A stretch of 64,000 nucleotides of DNA from Utricularia gibba (lineage: Eukaryota; Plantae; Magnoliophyta): contig NEEC01000004.1 of the NCBI GenBank assembly GCA_002189035.1, forward strand, positions 2,294,001 through 2,358,000, read 5' to 3'. Below, piece after piece: positions 39,360 to 51,443 of this stretch (positions within the stretch are counted from its first letter, which is position 1; every line of letters starts with the position of its first letter). The notes beneath the pieces were generated by a model. The model was given only the letters and a program-made list of their open reading frames with translations, searched no databases and was not told where the DNA came from. The position numbers and the translations under genes are program-made.

Positions 39360-39839
39360 ATGCAAACTTCTGAAAAATTGAGAACTAGATTCTTCATATC
39401 GAATGAATATAAGATTTGGGACAAAGAACCCGATGAGTTGATTGAGAGTGAACTTCCAACTCGTTTGGGTCCAATGGGATTTGCCTTGAGCATGAAGCAT
39501 TTTCGTTTACCATTATCACCATTTTTAGAAAAGATATTAGCATGTTTAAAGATTCCTTTGTCTTGTTTGACTCTAAAGTCTATTTCAAATGTGTTGGACT
39601 TTGTGGGTATTTGCAAGGAATTCTCTCTTGAGGTGGAGTTTCATTATTTCTTTGTTGTGAGTGTATACTTTAGGACTCACGATATGAACCACTATACATA
39701 AAGGGGAAAAAGCGTTAGTGTTGGTGAAAGAGTTGAGAAGAGGATTTGAAAAATGGTAGATAAGTTTTGTTTGGATACGCCCTCCAATAGAACTCAAGTT
39801 TCCTCAAATGCACCCTTATTCTAGCGAAGAAGGCGAAAG
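39360..39839 (+). pseudogene. ORF relic resembling the Tat/Ogre accessory 'putative gypsy-type transposase' domain (PF04195-like)
   Basis: FRLPLSPFLEKILACLKIPLSCLTLKSISNVLDFVGICKEFSLEVEFHYFF...KW*ISFVW fits the remembered R(F/L)PLxPF...P.QL.PNS...F...C...FF pattern. It is bounded by an AG acceptor (39359) and a GT donor (39840). Pattern recall only. Confidence 0.45.
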
Positions 39840-40259
39840 GTAAATTTTTTATTGTATAGTTAGGAGAAATGTTAATAAAAATATGAAATATTTTTATTTT
39901 ATATTTTTATTTCTCTATTCTTATTATAGGATTTGATACCTTGTATAAAAGGGATGCACAAGATTTTATACCCATCTTCTCAAGTATGCAAAGGAATTTT
40001 AGTAACATTTTATCACCCTTTGTGGATGCACTGGGGACAAAACGCTATTGGTGTGATGTGTTGAAGAATCTTAGTGCACATAAGAAGAATGAAGATGCGC
40101 CTAGGGATTAGATGACTCAGGATGCTAATGATTTTGAAGGGGATGAGCACACACATGATATTAATGATATGGATGATAGACTTGCATTCATAACAAAGGA
40201 GAATGAAGAGTTTCGCTATAAGTTGGATTGATATGAGAGCCATTTAGCATATACCACAC

Positions 40260-41146
40260 CTTCTTTGAGTACCTCTAAGCCACAACTAAAGTTGATTATC
40301 TTGGACATAAATGGTGTGGTCACAAACATTGTATATAGTGCTGAATTGTCAAGGTAACGAATACCTTTAAAAAAAATCATATATGGTCGATCAGGTACCT
40401 TAGCACAACACTTATTTTTATGTGTTATATGCATTAACTATTTGTGAGATATCGTAAATATTTTTTTACCTAATGTATGTAGTTTTTTTATGTCCATATA
40501 CCCATGACTTTATTAGGTGGTACTTGAATAATTTTGATGTAGTCATATGGTCATCCCGTGATGGGTACATGTGTTGCATCATATTTTTTCACCTTTAGAA
40601 TTGTGAAAATATCTTGCAAACGCTTTCTTTTGTAGGGAGCAATTACAAGCAATCACTAAATGGATATTTCAACCTTCATTATTTGATAAACTTATTTTCG
40701 TGTGAGACTGATTGATGACTATGGATATAGGTGTATGTGTTCACAACAATCCTAGCAACACAATCTATATGAAGGAGTCGAGTCATGTATGGGTTGTGAA
40801 CAATAGGTTGAACACAAGATATGACTATTACTATATCCTATTGATTGATGATTCAACTTACAAGTCAATGAAAAATCTGGTAAGCTATTTTTGCTATTCT
40901 CGTTTAGCATATACTTGGTTATATATCAAAACTAATCTTATATTTTTCAAGAAAATAATGCTATTTTTCCAAGCCCCTATTCGCATATCAATTGGGATGA
41001 TGCATTAATAAATGTTAATGGTGAGATGCGAACTTTACTTGAAGGATTACGATTTGATCATGATATTCCAAGCTATGTTAATGATAGTCAAATAGGATAC
41101 CCCCATCCGTGAGGGACATGTCATATGAGATTATTATGTATGCCTA
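40260..41146 (+). pseudogene. FCP1/NIF-family HAD phosphatase domain (plant DLNG-type subfamily), intron-containing, with stops
   Basis: KLIILDINGVVTNIV | VFLCPYTHDFIRWYLNNFDVVIWSSR | ...KLIFV*D...ILLIDDSTYKSMKNL | NNAIFPSPY...GEMRTLLEGL. Introns 40395-40482, 40565-40635 and 40880-40951 have GT-AG borders; the first two keep phase and the third needs a 1-nt slip. Confidence 0.8.
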
Positions 41147-42195
41147 AGAAATAATTAGAGGCAGCTCCAATATTAGTACTTGTGAACAATTATGTCATAG
41201 TTAGAATACTTTTGTTGTTGACTTTTTTTTATAAAAGATAATTATATCGTTGTTAGGATTTTAATCGTGTGAAATATGTTCCAGTGAATAGTGATCCACG
41301 AGATCAATTCTGAGACACTCATAATAATTTCTAAGGGTGCCTATGATCACTTATGGACACACATAAACTTTTTTAAGTGTGCTTGGGCAGCATGTCGTTT
41401 ATGGTTATGGTTTTCGAATTTCCAGATACTCATATACATTCCTTAGGGTGCTTAGGATCTTCTCTAGACACTCTTAACAGTCCTGGAAACGGTTCCACAA
41501 AATATGTGTGAAATGTGTGATTTAATTTGGTAAATCTAATCTATTTAATCTTTTTTACTTTGGTTTCCAAAATAGATGAAGTTTAGAAAAAGCTTATTAA
41601 ATAAATGATGTTTTGATTTTAAATTGAAAAATACATAATATTTACAAAAGATTATATAAAAGTTATCTATTTAAATGTAAAATAAATATAAAAAATTTTA
41701 TTTGTTTTATATGATTTGTAATTTTGTTGTATTTATTTAAAAAAATTTAATTTTATCATATGTATTTTCAACTGTTGATAATTTTATCATTTTAATCATT
41801 TATTTCATTCATTTAAGTAATCAATATAATTTGTAGGTATATTTTACAAATTAATATAGTATATCATATAATATATCCAGTGAAATATGAAATTTTAACA
41901 TTATTAAATATATCATTTGGTATAAATATTATTACAAACTTCATTCTCAGACACTCATAATGTTTCATATGGGTGCTTGGAAAATGCATTCAAATAGTAA
42001 TTGGCCAGTGCCAGTTATGGTTTGATTCGAGATTATTGATTCTATTTTTTAACTGAAGTCGTCTTTATAGTTTTGATTTCAGTTCTATTCAAGGTTCCAG
42101 TATCCAGTTTCGAATTGAAACCAGAACCGTGGTCCACAGCGAACCGCAGTTTTGAAACCGTACAATTCAGAACCAATCGCAACCCTAGCTCCAAC

Positions 42196-43100
42196 TCGGT
42201 TTTCTACCTTAGGATTTAGGTGTCATTGAAGCATTCTTGGACACCCTTTAGGAGTAGTAGATGTGATGCTCATTTGAATATGAAATAGGTTGAGATGTTG
42301 ACAAGGATCGCCCTCACCATTGAATTTGGGAAACCCCTCAAGTGTCTAATGTTTTAGCTTCAACATGTCGTTGATAACCTAGAAGGAGAAGGGGTTGTAG
42401 GAATATATTCTTGACAAGTAGCTTCTCTACCTCTTATATGCTTGGTAGGCCTCCATGGTTTATTTCATTAGATCCACCTTCTTAGGGTATACCTTGCATG
42501 TGAATTTCTCATACATTGAGTAGTTTTTTGGAGGCTCTCTGCCTTTCATGATGGTGGTTGCTTGGTTACATTTCTTAATGATCTCCAACTCGAGCACCAA
42601 CTTTCTAGCCCTTTTGGGATCAGGATCATCATCATGTTTGTTATTTTGGCATGTGAGAAGTAGGAAATAGAGAACTGATCCTTGCCATGAGAATAAGCTT
42701 TTGTGCTTATCCTACTGTTTTTAGGATAGTAGGTGGCATCTAAGCTCTCCTCTAATTTAGTAAGGGCAAGATCTTCACGATCTCAACCTCACTTTTGTGT
42801 ATCAATTATTTTTCTTGCTTCTTCCTACCATGGCTTCCTCCCAAGAGAGTTGCATCAAGTCCTAGATACTCCTTTATGAGGCGTAGGAATGCCTCCATCA
42901 GGCCTTCATCTTCCGGAAGAAGACTACAACTTGAGCTTCAAGGGAAGTATTGTTGTGGAAAATCCCCTTAAGCATGAGTATTAGAGGTGTGGTCATTCTA
43001 TCAATCTCATGGTTATTGTTCTACTCCTTCTCTTTATGTAAAGAATAGTGTTCTATTAAGACATCTTTCTTGTGACCCAATGCTAGAAGCATAGAATAGT
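42196..43100 (-). mobile_element. Tat/Ogre-like Gypsy gag relic
   Basis: Minus-strand FPKFNGEGDPCQHLNLFHIQMS motif typical of Tat-clade gag; degenerate. Confidence 0.55.
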
Positions 43101-44555
43101 CTATGCTCCTCAAACATCAATAAAAACTTATAGAAACTATAAAGCTTGAAATATTACGTTATTGAGAAGATTCTTAAGGGAGTACAAGTTGAGTTCAATA
43201 GAAAACACCAAATGTTATTGTTATTTGGAAAGGAAAAGGAAGACAAATAGATAGTGAACTGGAAAAAAAAAATCAAGGGTGGTCGCACATTACATGAGAG
43301 AAGATGTCTACCAAAGCTTGGTAAAAAATGTAAGGTTCACAATAGAAATTCGAGAACTCCAAGAAGCTGATTTTCCTCAATATGCATTTTCCTTTGTCAA
43401 AAAGTCATTCATTGTTTACTTCTTTCATTGCTCTTTATATATATACAAATAAGTGGGTGATAAAATGAAACTTTTCCTTTTCTTGTGTGTATCCCATATT
43501 AGCATTGATCTATTTCTTATTTTAGGGAAAGATTGCTAACTCTAATCATATTGTATTGGGATGACATCCCATCATTGGCTTCAGTTTGACGAGGTATTGA
43601 ACATAGGGGAGTACACCTCATAAGGGTATCTGCATTGTTTACCGGAAGGTTAATACGTGGCGCATACATGGCTGTCACGTAATAAATTTTTACACATCTT
43701 CTCTTTCTGCCCATCAATGCGAAGAACAAGTGTGGATGGAAACTAACTTTCCACAGAAAGTTGTGCCTAAAACATGGTTAAAAAGGGTGCCAGAATCTTG
43801 CGCTCTCCTTCCCCCTCAAGTAAAAAATTACTTCAACCAACAAAATCAATTTCTTAGAGTAGATTTTCGCACTTCTGAACAACTTTCTCACTTCTTGGTG
43901 ATAGAGGTAAATTGTAGTCTTGCTATTTACAATTCACAGTGATTTTAGTTGATGAATTGTTTAAGTTTACTATATTTATGATTTTTTTTGTGCAACCAGA
44001 AGTATCACTATCTACAATTGATTTTTGTTAATGAATTATTTATGCTTTATTCACTTATGGTTTTTTCGATAATTATTTAATATTATGAATAAAGATGAAG
44101 ATGTTAATACGTATCTATTTGTTTTTTTGGTTCATTTGTTTCATTTATTATCTTTATAACTTGTTTTTTATTTCATTTATGACTCTATTATTCATTTAAT
44201 GATTATTTGATTTCATTTATGGATGAAATTGAAGATGGATAAAAGCTAAAATAGTTTATACCATTTTTTTGTGTTTGTTGAATTTATAATACTTATATCT
44301 ATACTTATTCTTTATATACGTGTTCTTTTGAATTGTGTGGTAGTTAGATGCCAAAGAAATTTGTATTAATATAATGATTATGGGGCCATGCATGTTTGTA
44401 GTAGTTATGCAATTGTATCTTAAATTTATATTATTTTTTATTAAACTATCTAGTTATATTTATTTGGTAAGGGAGCACAAAATAATACATTTTCTTCAAC
44501 ACTAAAACTTTATATTTTCTTTCTTTTAATTTCTACAATTTCTTCTTATATCTAT

Positions 44556-45450
44556 ACGGATTCTAGTCAAAGATGGACCGATGAAGAAGTTAAGTTTCTA
44601 GTTTTAGCATGGTTGAATACTTCAATGGATCTAAAAGTATGTTCTGTTCTGGAGGGGCATCACTGCATTCTATTGTGAGGTTGTGACAACTAATAAAGGA
44701 GATGCAAGAATCCGTGACACTAAATCCATAAGAAAGAAATAGAAGATACTCAGTACAGATGTGCAAGCTTTTTTAGGAAGATATGATCGAGTTTTACGTG
44801 CTGATCTAAGTGGGCATAAAAATTATGACTTAATAGAGATGGCATTGAAATTGTACAAGGAAGGGTTACGCAAATCATTCTCCTATTTGGATGTTTGGAA
44901 AGTATTACGTGATCAACCAAAATGGAGGACGGTAAAGTTTTTATGTGTTGATATTACATACTATTATTTGTGATTTTTATACCCTTTTTATCTTTTTAGA
45001 AAATAGACAATATCACAAAGAAGAAAAATAAAGGGAAGAGGCCACAAGATTCTCCTTCAGCTCATGTATCTTTGAATCCAATTGAAACTCAACCATCAAG
45101 TTGTATAGATGACATACCTATTGGGCAAAAAGCTGCAAAAAGAAGACAATTACAAGTTTCATCTAATATATTTTCACATGAAAAGAAGATAATTGTGGAT
45201 AGAGAAACTTAGCAACTATACAAAGAAAATGGAAGTCCATAACAAGATACTCCAACATGTTGCTGTGAATTCTGCACATGAATTGAGAAAATTATTGGAT
45301 ATGGATATGTCTCGAATGAATGAGTTTCAAAAGACAATGTATACTGAGACTTGTAGTCGTGCTTTGACAGCTTTTTTAGTTCCACTCCACCAACTCCTTC
45401 GGCTTCAAATACAACCCCTAAAAGCTCAAGATTTCCTCTTTTTCATATAG
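44556..45450 (+). pseudogene. Harbinger Myb/SANT-like (GST-T3/NAM-associated type) partner gene relic
   Basis: (ACG)DSSQRWTDEEVKFLVLAWLNTSMD, F.Y.DVWKVLRDQPKW, IGQKAAKR; start codon appears mutated and frameshifts are present. Confidence 0.7.
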
Positions 45451-45620
45451 GTGATGATCTTGATATTTGATGAATTGGAATCGTATTTGGTGTGCTTGAA
45501 ATGTGTTCATCTTTTGTGGCACTTGTAATGATGAATCAGGCTTCAAATACAACTCATGTCTTATATATAAAGGATCATTTTATACCATATCTACAAAATG
45601 CCATTGGAATTCTAAAATTC

Positions 45621-46934
45621 ATGGATTCTCATGAGAATTCAAAGTATGATATTTCTTCTTCATCAGATCATTTCAATCTTACAAATATTCTAGTATATCC
45701 TTTCTTGGATAATGATATTTTTGTTAATGGTCATAATGTAGCTATTGATTTCATACTTGATGATGAGTGTGAGGAGACTTCAAAAAATAGAGGTAAGTGT
45801 TACTATATTGATCAAGATCATGAAAGAGGAAACACTTTTTTAGTGGTAGATTATTTTTTAATAAATTCTACCTATACTGATCAAATGTTTCATTGGTGTT
45901 TTAGAATGCACAGTTCTTTATTTGTGAGAATTATGAGAAGTGTTAGAGAAGTATGCCCATATCTTCAAGAAAGACCAAATGTAACTGGTTGTACCTCACT
46001 ATCTATGATGCAGAAGTGCACTACAACTATGAGGATGTTGGCTTATGGATATTTTGTAGATGCATGTGATGAATATCTTCAAATAGGTGAGTCCACTACA
46101 CTAAAATCTTTAAGATAAACGTACTCATTATACTTGAAGATGAGTACATGAGACTACCAAACCCAAATGACATGCAAAGATTTTGACTTGGGGAGAAGAA
46201 CGAGTTTTCCTTGATATGCTTGGAAGCCTAGATTGTATGCATTAGGAGTGGAAAAATTGTCTGGTAGCTTGGAGATGATAATATAATCGTAGTAATGAGT
46301 CTTCTTTTATGATATTAGAAGCAGCAAAGGATATGTGGATATGGCATTTCTTCTTTGGTACTCTAGGTTAGATCTTAATGTGTTGACTCATTCTCCATTA
46401 TTTGATGATTTACATCGAGATATTGCACTTCTGCGATATCCAAAAAACCCTTGAATTCTATGTAAATGAAAATGTGTATCAAATGGGATACTATTTAGCT
46501 GATGCTATTTATTTTGGATGGTCTATTTTTTTGAAAACCATCACACTTCTGCAAAATCCAAAAACACAGCTCTTTGCTCAGCATCAAGAGAGTGCAAGGA
46601 AAGATGTAGAAAGGACTTTTGGATTACGCCAAGAAAGATTTGATATTATTTATTCACCCTCGTGTTTGGGATCAACAAACATTAGTAGATATAATATATG
46701 CGTATATAATATTACGTAATATGATTATTGAAGATGAATGACATAATACCAAATCTGATCCTAGAGACTACGATCGAGTGAATACTATGGATGGATGATC
46801 CACCTGATATTTTAGGACAAATCGCTCAAGCATTTGAAGCGTATTTGGCAAGAGCCATGAGATCTAGAGAAACAAGATTACATCGACAGCTCAAATCTGA
46901 TTTGATTAAGCATATTTGGACTAAATTTAGCTGA
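45621..46934 (+). pseudogene. Harbinger DDE transposase relic, same clade as 16538-17831
   Basis: YTDQMFHWCFRMHSSLF, MQKCTTTMRMLAYG, MLGSLDCMH*EWKNC, YYLADAIY, ESARKDVERTFG, LIKHIW. Confidence 0.88.
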
Positions 46935-47489
46935 TATTTTGTGATGGCTTTTAATTAATTTGCTATTCTGGTATTTATGTTTTTAATTAGTAGTATGTTT
47001 ATGTATAATTTTACTTTGTTAAATATGTACCTTTTATATTAGTTAAATATCAAATTTAAATGTAACTTTAAAATAATAAGAAGTACATAAAAATAATTTT
47101 AAATATAACTTTCCAACTAACAATGTAGAGGAAATGGAAAGTTAGATTTCCAAATAAATTTTTTATGATGTGAAATAAAAAATGTATTGAAGCAATCAAA
47201 GTGGACAATAAGCAATGGGGATGCCCTAAGGCTGTATTTGGTAGTAGTTTTAGTAATACTAGTATAATTTATACCAGATAAAAATTATCCCTCCTATAAG
47301 TACACATTATGTTTGGTAGTATGGAATTTATGAGTTGGAATAAAATATCCCATGACTTGTTTAGTAGACATATATTGGATTACTTTTTACAGATTTTGAA
47401 CAAAGACATTTTTACCCTTCTACATTTTTTTTATCTGGGTAGGGTTCTTGGCTTCGGCTCTTCAATCATTCTCCAATTTTCTGTGCGAA

Positions 47490-48718
47490 ATGAGCACGTC
47501 CCACACAAAGAACAACAATGGTCAATCGAAATCGAAACGTGGGTGGAGCGTTGAAGAAGAACGTCTTCTTGTTATCGCTTTCAAGGATATTATTGACAGT
47601 GGGTGGAAGAGTGAAAATGGTTTTAGAAATGGGTATTATATAGCTCTTGAGAAGATGATGAAGAAACGCAAACCCACTTCAACTTTGACAGCTATTCCAC
47701 ACATTCCTTCGAAAATCAAGATCTGGAAAAAGGAATACTACATGATCATGGACATTCTTTCTCGATCGGGAATAGGGTGGAATAGCACAACAAGGATGTT
47801 AGAAGCATCAGACGAGATATGGGATGAATTGGTATTTTCTAGGAAAGTTCCTACTTTTATTAGTTTGTGACTATTAAGAATCCATTCTGCTAATTATTTG
47901 GGAATCGTTGTTGATATGAATTAGTTTAATCATATGGTTTTTGTAATTGTTTTAGAATCCATTTTATGGGAATTCTTACATTTTTTTATATGTTACTTGT
48001 TGTAAGTGTCTGAGAAAAGCTATCGCGAGTGTTGAATTTTGTTTTTAGGGAACCATCAAGGGACTGAAAGGCTTGAGAAATAAGGTATGGCCTTTTTATG
48101 AAGATTGGGTAGAGATTTTTGGAACAGATCGTGCTACCGGGAAAGATGAAGTTGCTCATGAGGAAGCTGCCAACCGTGCATCCACTGAAGTCGAAGTCAA
48201 TGACTATCATGTCAATATGAACAATGAACCAGAATCACCAACAACTAAAATACCAGCTTTTGTGCCAATTTCAGAAGCCGAATCATCTGCTCTTAATGGT
48301 GATGCTGCTGAGAACAGTGTAGGGTCACACAAGAGCAAAATTAAACAAGAGACAAAGAGAGGATGAAGTTATTGGAGAACTTATTGGAGAATTAAAAGCA
48401 ATGCGTGAAAGATATGCTATCACTGAACTTATACAACAAAAATTGATGGCACCTATTGATGCTCAATTAAAGCAACAAAATGAGGCTATATCCATCCTTC
48501 GTAAAATGGACATGTTACTGACACCCATTCAGATTGTGCATGTGTGTCAAGTATAGTCTTACACAACTCTCATCATTTTTAATATCCCTATTGACAGATA
48601 ATTAAATCAGTTTTCTTATGTTCAGCTTGTGTTGAAGACGCCTGCGGACGTGCAATTGTTTTTGTGCCTCTTAGATGATGAGCGCAGAGCATTGGTCCAA
48701 CAACTTGTCTGGGAATAG
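47490..48718 (+). pseudogene. Myb/SANT-like DNA-binding partner gene of element B; one frameshift
   Basis: RGWSVEEERLL...GWKSENGFRNGY...SKIKIWKK...SGIGWN; intron 47832-48048; LRNKVWPFYEDWVEIFGTDRATG; 1-nt slip in the A4 run near 48340; final exon LVLKTPADVQLFLCLLDDERR*. Confidence 0.85.
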
Positions 48719-49050
48719 GTTTTATCAATGGTGCAATATTTTTTTGGGCAGCATCATCCGTTGGTGCTCTTCAAGACCACGGAAAGGATCAGTTCATCCG
48801 ACTTCTTACATGCACCATAGACATTATATAGTTTTGAAACATCATAGTTTTGAAACATCAAAATTTAATGATTTATTTTTATGTGAATAATATACAACAT
48901 ATATTTCATTCTCGAATAATTACATAAATTGGAATTTTTTTAATATCAATTTTTGTTTTATTAATCTGTTTTACAATAAAAAACAATGTTCAACATAAAC
49001 TTTGATTTATGTATTTAAATTCATGTATTAAATTATTTTATATTAACGCT

Positions 49051-49218
49051 ACCTACGAAATAAGTAATTTGGTAAGAGTCCAATACACAAATGTGTTGGA
49101 CTCCTACCACATTACTTATTTCGTAGGTGCCATTAATGTGGGATACACACAGGCGTGGTTTATGCATAACCTATGTCCGTGTGTTGGATTTCTACCAAAT
49201 TACTTATTTCATAGGTAG
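49051..49218. repeat. Long inverted repeat with a duplicated right arm
   Basis: Left arm 49051-49088; right arm 1 at 49093-49128 (about 36 bp, 2 mismatches, 2-nt bulge, AAAT loop); right arm 2 at 49181-49218. Confidence 0.85.
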
Positions 49219-49307
49219 TATTAATACAGGATACACATGGGTAGAGGTGGGTTTGGTTCGAACCGGAACTGTGGTTCGTACCGAAACGTTTGTATATATC
49301 TGGTTCC

Positions 49308-49750
49308 AGGCACCCACATGAGAAAAGGTGGGTGCCTGGAATTTGGTTACAGACTCACAAACACCCTCCCGAGGCACCCATATGAGAGAAGTGGGTGTCT
49401 AGAAAACTATCACAAATACTCCTTCCCAAACACCCATATCAGAGAAGTGTGTCCCTGGATATGATCTTACCCACTCTTCCTAGACACTCACACAATGCAT
49501 TATTTTGTAGGTATCGTCCAACTCTCTTTCCCAACACCCTCCCGAGGCACCCACATGAGGAAAGTGGGTGCCTGGAAATGGTCTTACCCACTCTTCCCAG
49601 ACACCCACACAATGCATTATTTTGTAGGTACCGTCTAACTCTCTTTCCCGACACCCTCCCGAGGCACCCACATGAGGGAATTGGGTGCCTGGAAATGGTC
49701 TTACCCACTCTTCCCAAACACCCACACAATGCATTATTTTGAAGGTGCCG
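49308..49750. repeat. Tandem array (117-bp period in the last copies) with a GGCACCCAC-N9-GTGGGTGCC hairpin in each unit
   Basis: Hairpin copies near 49308, 49372, 49428 (degenerate), 49545 and 49662; ACACCCTCCCGAGG recurs at 49534 and 49651. Confidence 0.9.
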
Positions 49751-50063
49751 TCCAAAGTATAACTAAGGATCGAATGCTAATAAAATTAAAAACTAAGAAA
49801 CTTTCATATTTATCCTATGGTTTAATAAATAACATATTTAAATTATTTATATTTTTAGTAAACATATGTCATATGATTATAAAAATATTTTTTTTTAATT
49901 GTTGCATCTCGCATGTTCTCGCGTGCTTAGAAATAAATATGATTTATAAAAATGCTGATAATAATCTTAAGTTCATTTTGCAACGACATGTTCTACCATG
50001 TTTAAAAATAACAAATGTTCAATCTTGGATATGATAGTTAACAAAAACACAAAAAACGAATGC

Positions 50064-51443
50064 TTATCTATTCATATACTCATTCCACATAATTCTTGCA
50101 AGCTCATCACGCTATGTGCACCACCCTGAAGAGGTTTCAACAGCTGTTATGAACTCACCAGCCCCTTGCTCAACAGATTCAGTAAAATTCTCTGACACTT
50201 CAGCTTCCAACGGATCATATGCCATATTCATTCTTACGAAATTGTGTAATAAAGCACAAGCAAGAATAATGCGACTTTGTGTTTGAACTGGATAGTAGGA
50301 TGCTGACCGAAGAATGGCCCATCGAGTCTTTAAAATTCCCCATGCTCTCTCAATTACATTTCTCGCTGAGGCGTGCCGCATGTTAAACAACTCTTTCGCA
50401 TTTCGAGGTGCTGAATTTCCAGTACCCCATTCTTTTAAATGATAGCGTACATTTCGATATGGAGCTAGGAAGCCATCACAATTGGTGTAGCCATTATCGC
50501 ATAGATAATAGCAACCTGCAATCACAACATGCATTTGTATAGTAAAATGTTTCTGAAAACAGCCTGAAAAAATGGAAATTTATGCATGGAAAAACCTTTA
50601 AAAATCTTACTAACTTCATAACTAACCTCTACGTACTCGTAGACCACCAACTTCCTTCAACAAAGCACTTTTAAGTATACGGATGTCAGCAGCCGATCCT
50701 TCCCAACCAGTAAGCATGTAAATAAAATTCATATTTTGATCACATACACCCAAGACATTGAAGGCTATTGTACCTTTTCGGGTTCGATATTTTGACTTAT
50801 CACACTCAGGCACCCGTGCCTCAATATAGGACCCATCTAAAGCACCTAAACAATTCTACACATATTACAAACATTCAACAATTAATAGTTATTAAGATAA
50901 ACATTGCATAACCAAAAAATGAAATAGTACCTCAAAGAAACAGAACCTTGCTGTGGCACTGGTAGTAGTAACAGGTTCACCCTTAACTAACAGCTTATCA
51001 TGCAGGCATAAAACAGCTGCAAGAACGGCCTTGAAGTGACAGCTAATTGTCCAAGTCAATCTTTTGAAGGATGACTTTTGAACTCGCATCTTCTTATGAT
51101 GGGCTAAAATACCTAAGAAAATACAGACTTTCTCACTGATAGTTACATACTTCGAGTCACAAAGCCCTGCATAATCACGAAGTAGACAACACAATCGTCC
51201 AAATACATCTTGATTCATCCTCAATTCCTCCAAAGCTGTGTTGTTCATGTTGCTAACTAATTCATGGAGATGTTCAATTTGTTTTGGCATTTTCAATGTA
51301 TAAGAGTATCGGCATTGCTGTCTTGAACCATGAGAACGTAGTCGGAGCAGTACAATAAGCATAATAATATGAGCAATTTCGAAATTCCTTTGCAACAAAT
51401 ATGCCAATAACAATAACTGAGCATTCTCATCAATTGATTCCAT
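50064..51443 (-). pseudogene. PIF DDE transposase of element B: 3 exons, one late nonsense codon
   Basis: Exons 51443-50931, 50855-50627 and 50515-50064 give 398 codons. Catalytic CLGALDG, YYLCDNGY and RNVIERAWG are intact. A TAG at 50112-50114 lies 15 residues before the natural stop (RDELARIMWNEYMNR*). Confidence 0.9.

Larger units (their letters stand above)
38683..42187. mobile_element. Non-autonomous hAT-type element (3505 bp) carrying gene cargo (Pack-hAT-like)
   Basis: Termini TATAGGTGTCATTGGTT / AACCAATCGCAACCCTA match 12/17. 8-bp flanks CCTCCAAC/GCTCCAAC match 7/8. GGTTC/GAACC subterminal repeat clusters at both ends (38700-38885, 42010-42180). No transposase inside. Confidence 0.75.
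43624..47226 (+). mobile_element. PIF/Harbinger element A (3603 bp), both genes on the + strand, degenerate
   Basis: TAA|GGGTATCTGCATTGTTTA ... TAAGCAATGGGGATGCCC|TAA; TIRs match 14/18 and both flanks are TAA. Confidence 0.85.

Noticed and set aside
49308-49750. CRISPR-like array (palindromic repeats with spacers)
   Set aside because: Plant nuclear context, no cas genes, and the spacers are themselves repeated copies, so it is a tandem repeat
49395-49755. Overlapping ORFs with 39-aa repeats on both strands
   Set aside because: By-product of the 117-bp (3x39) repeat period; no coding signature
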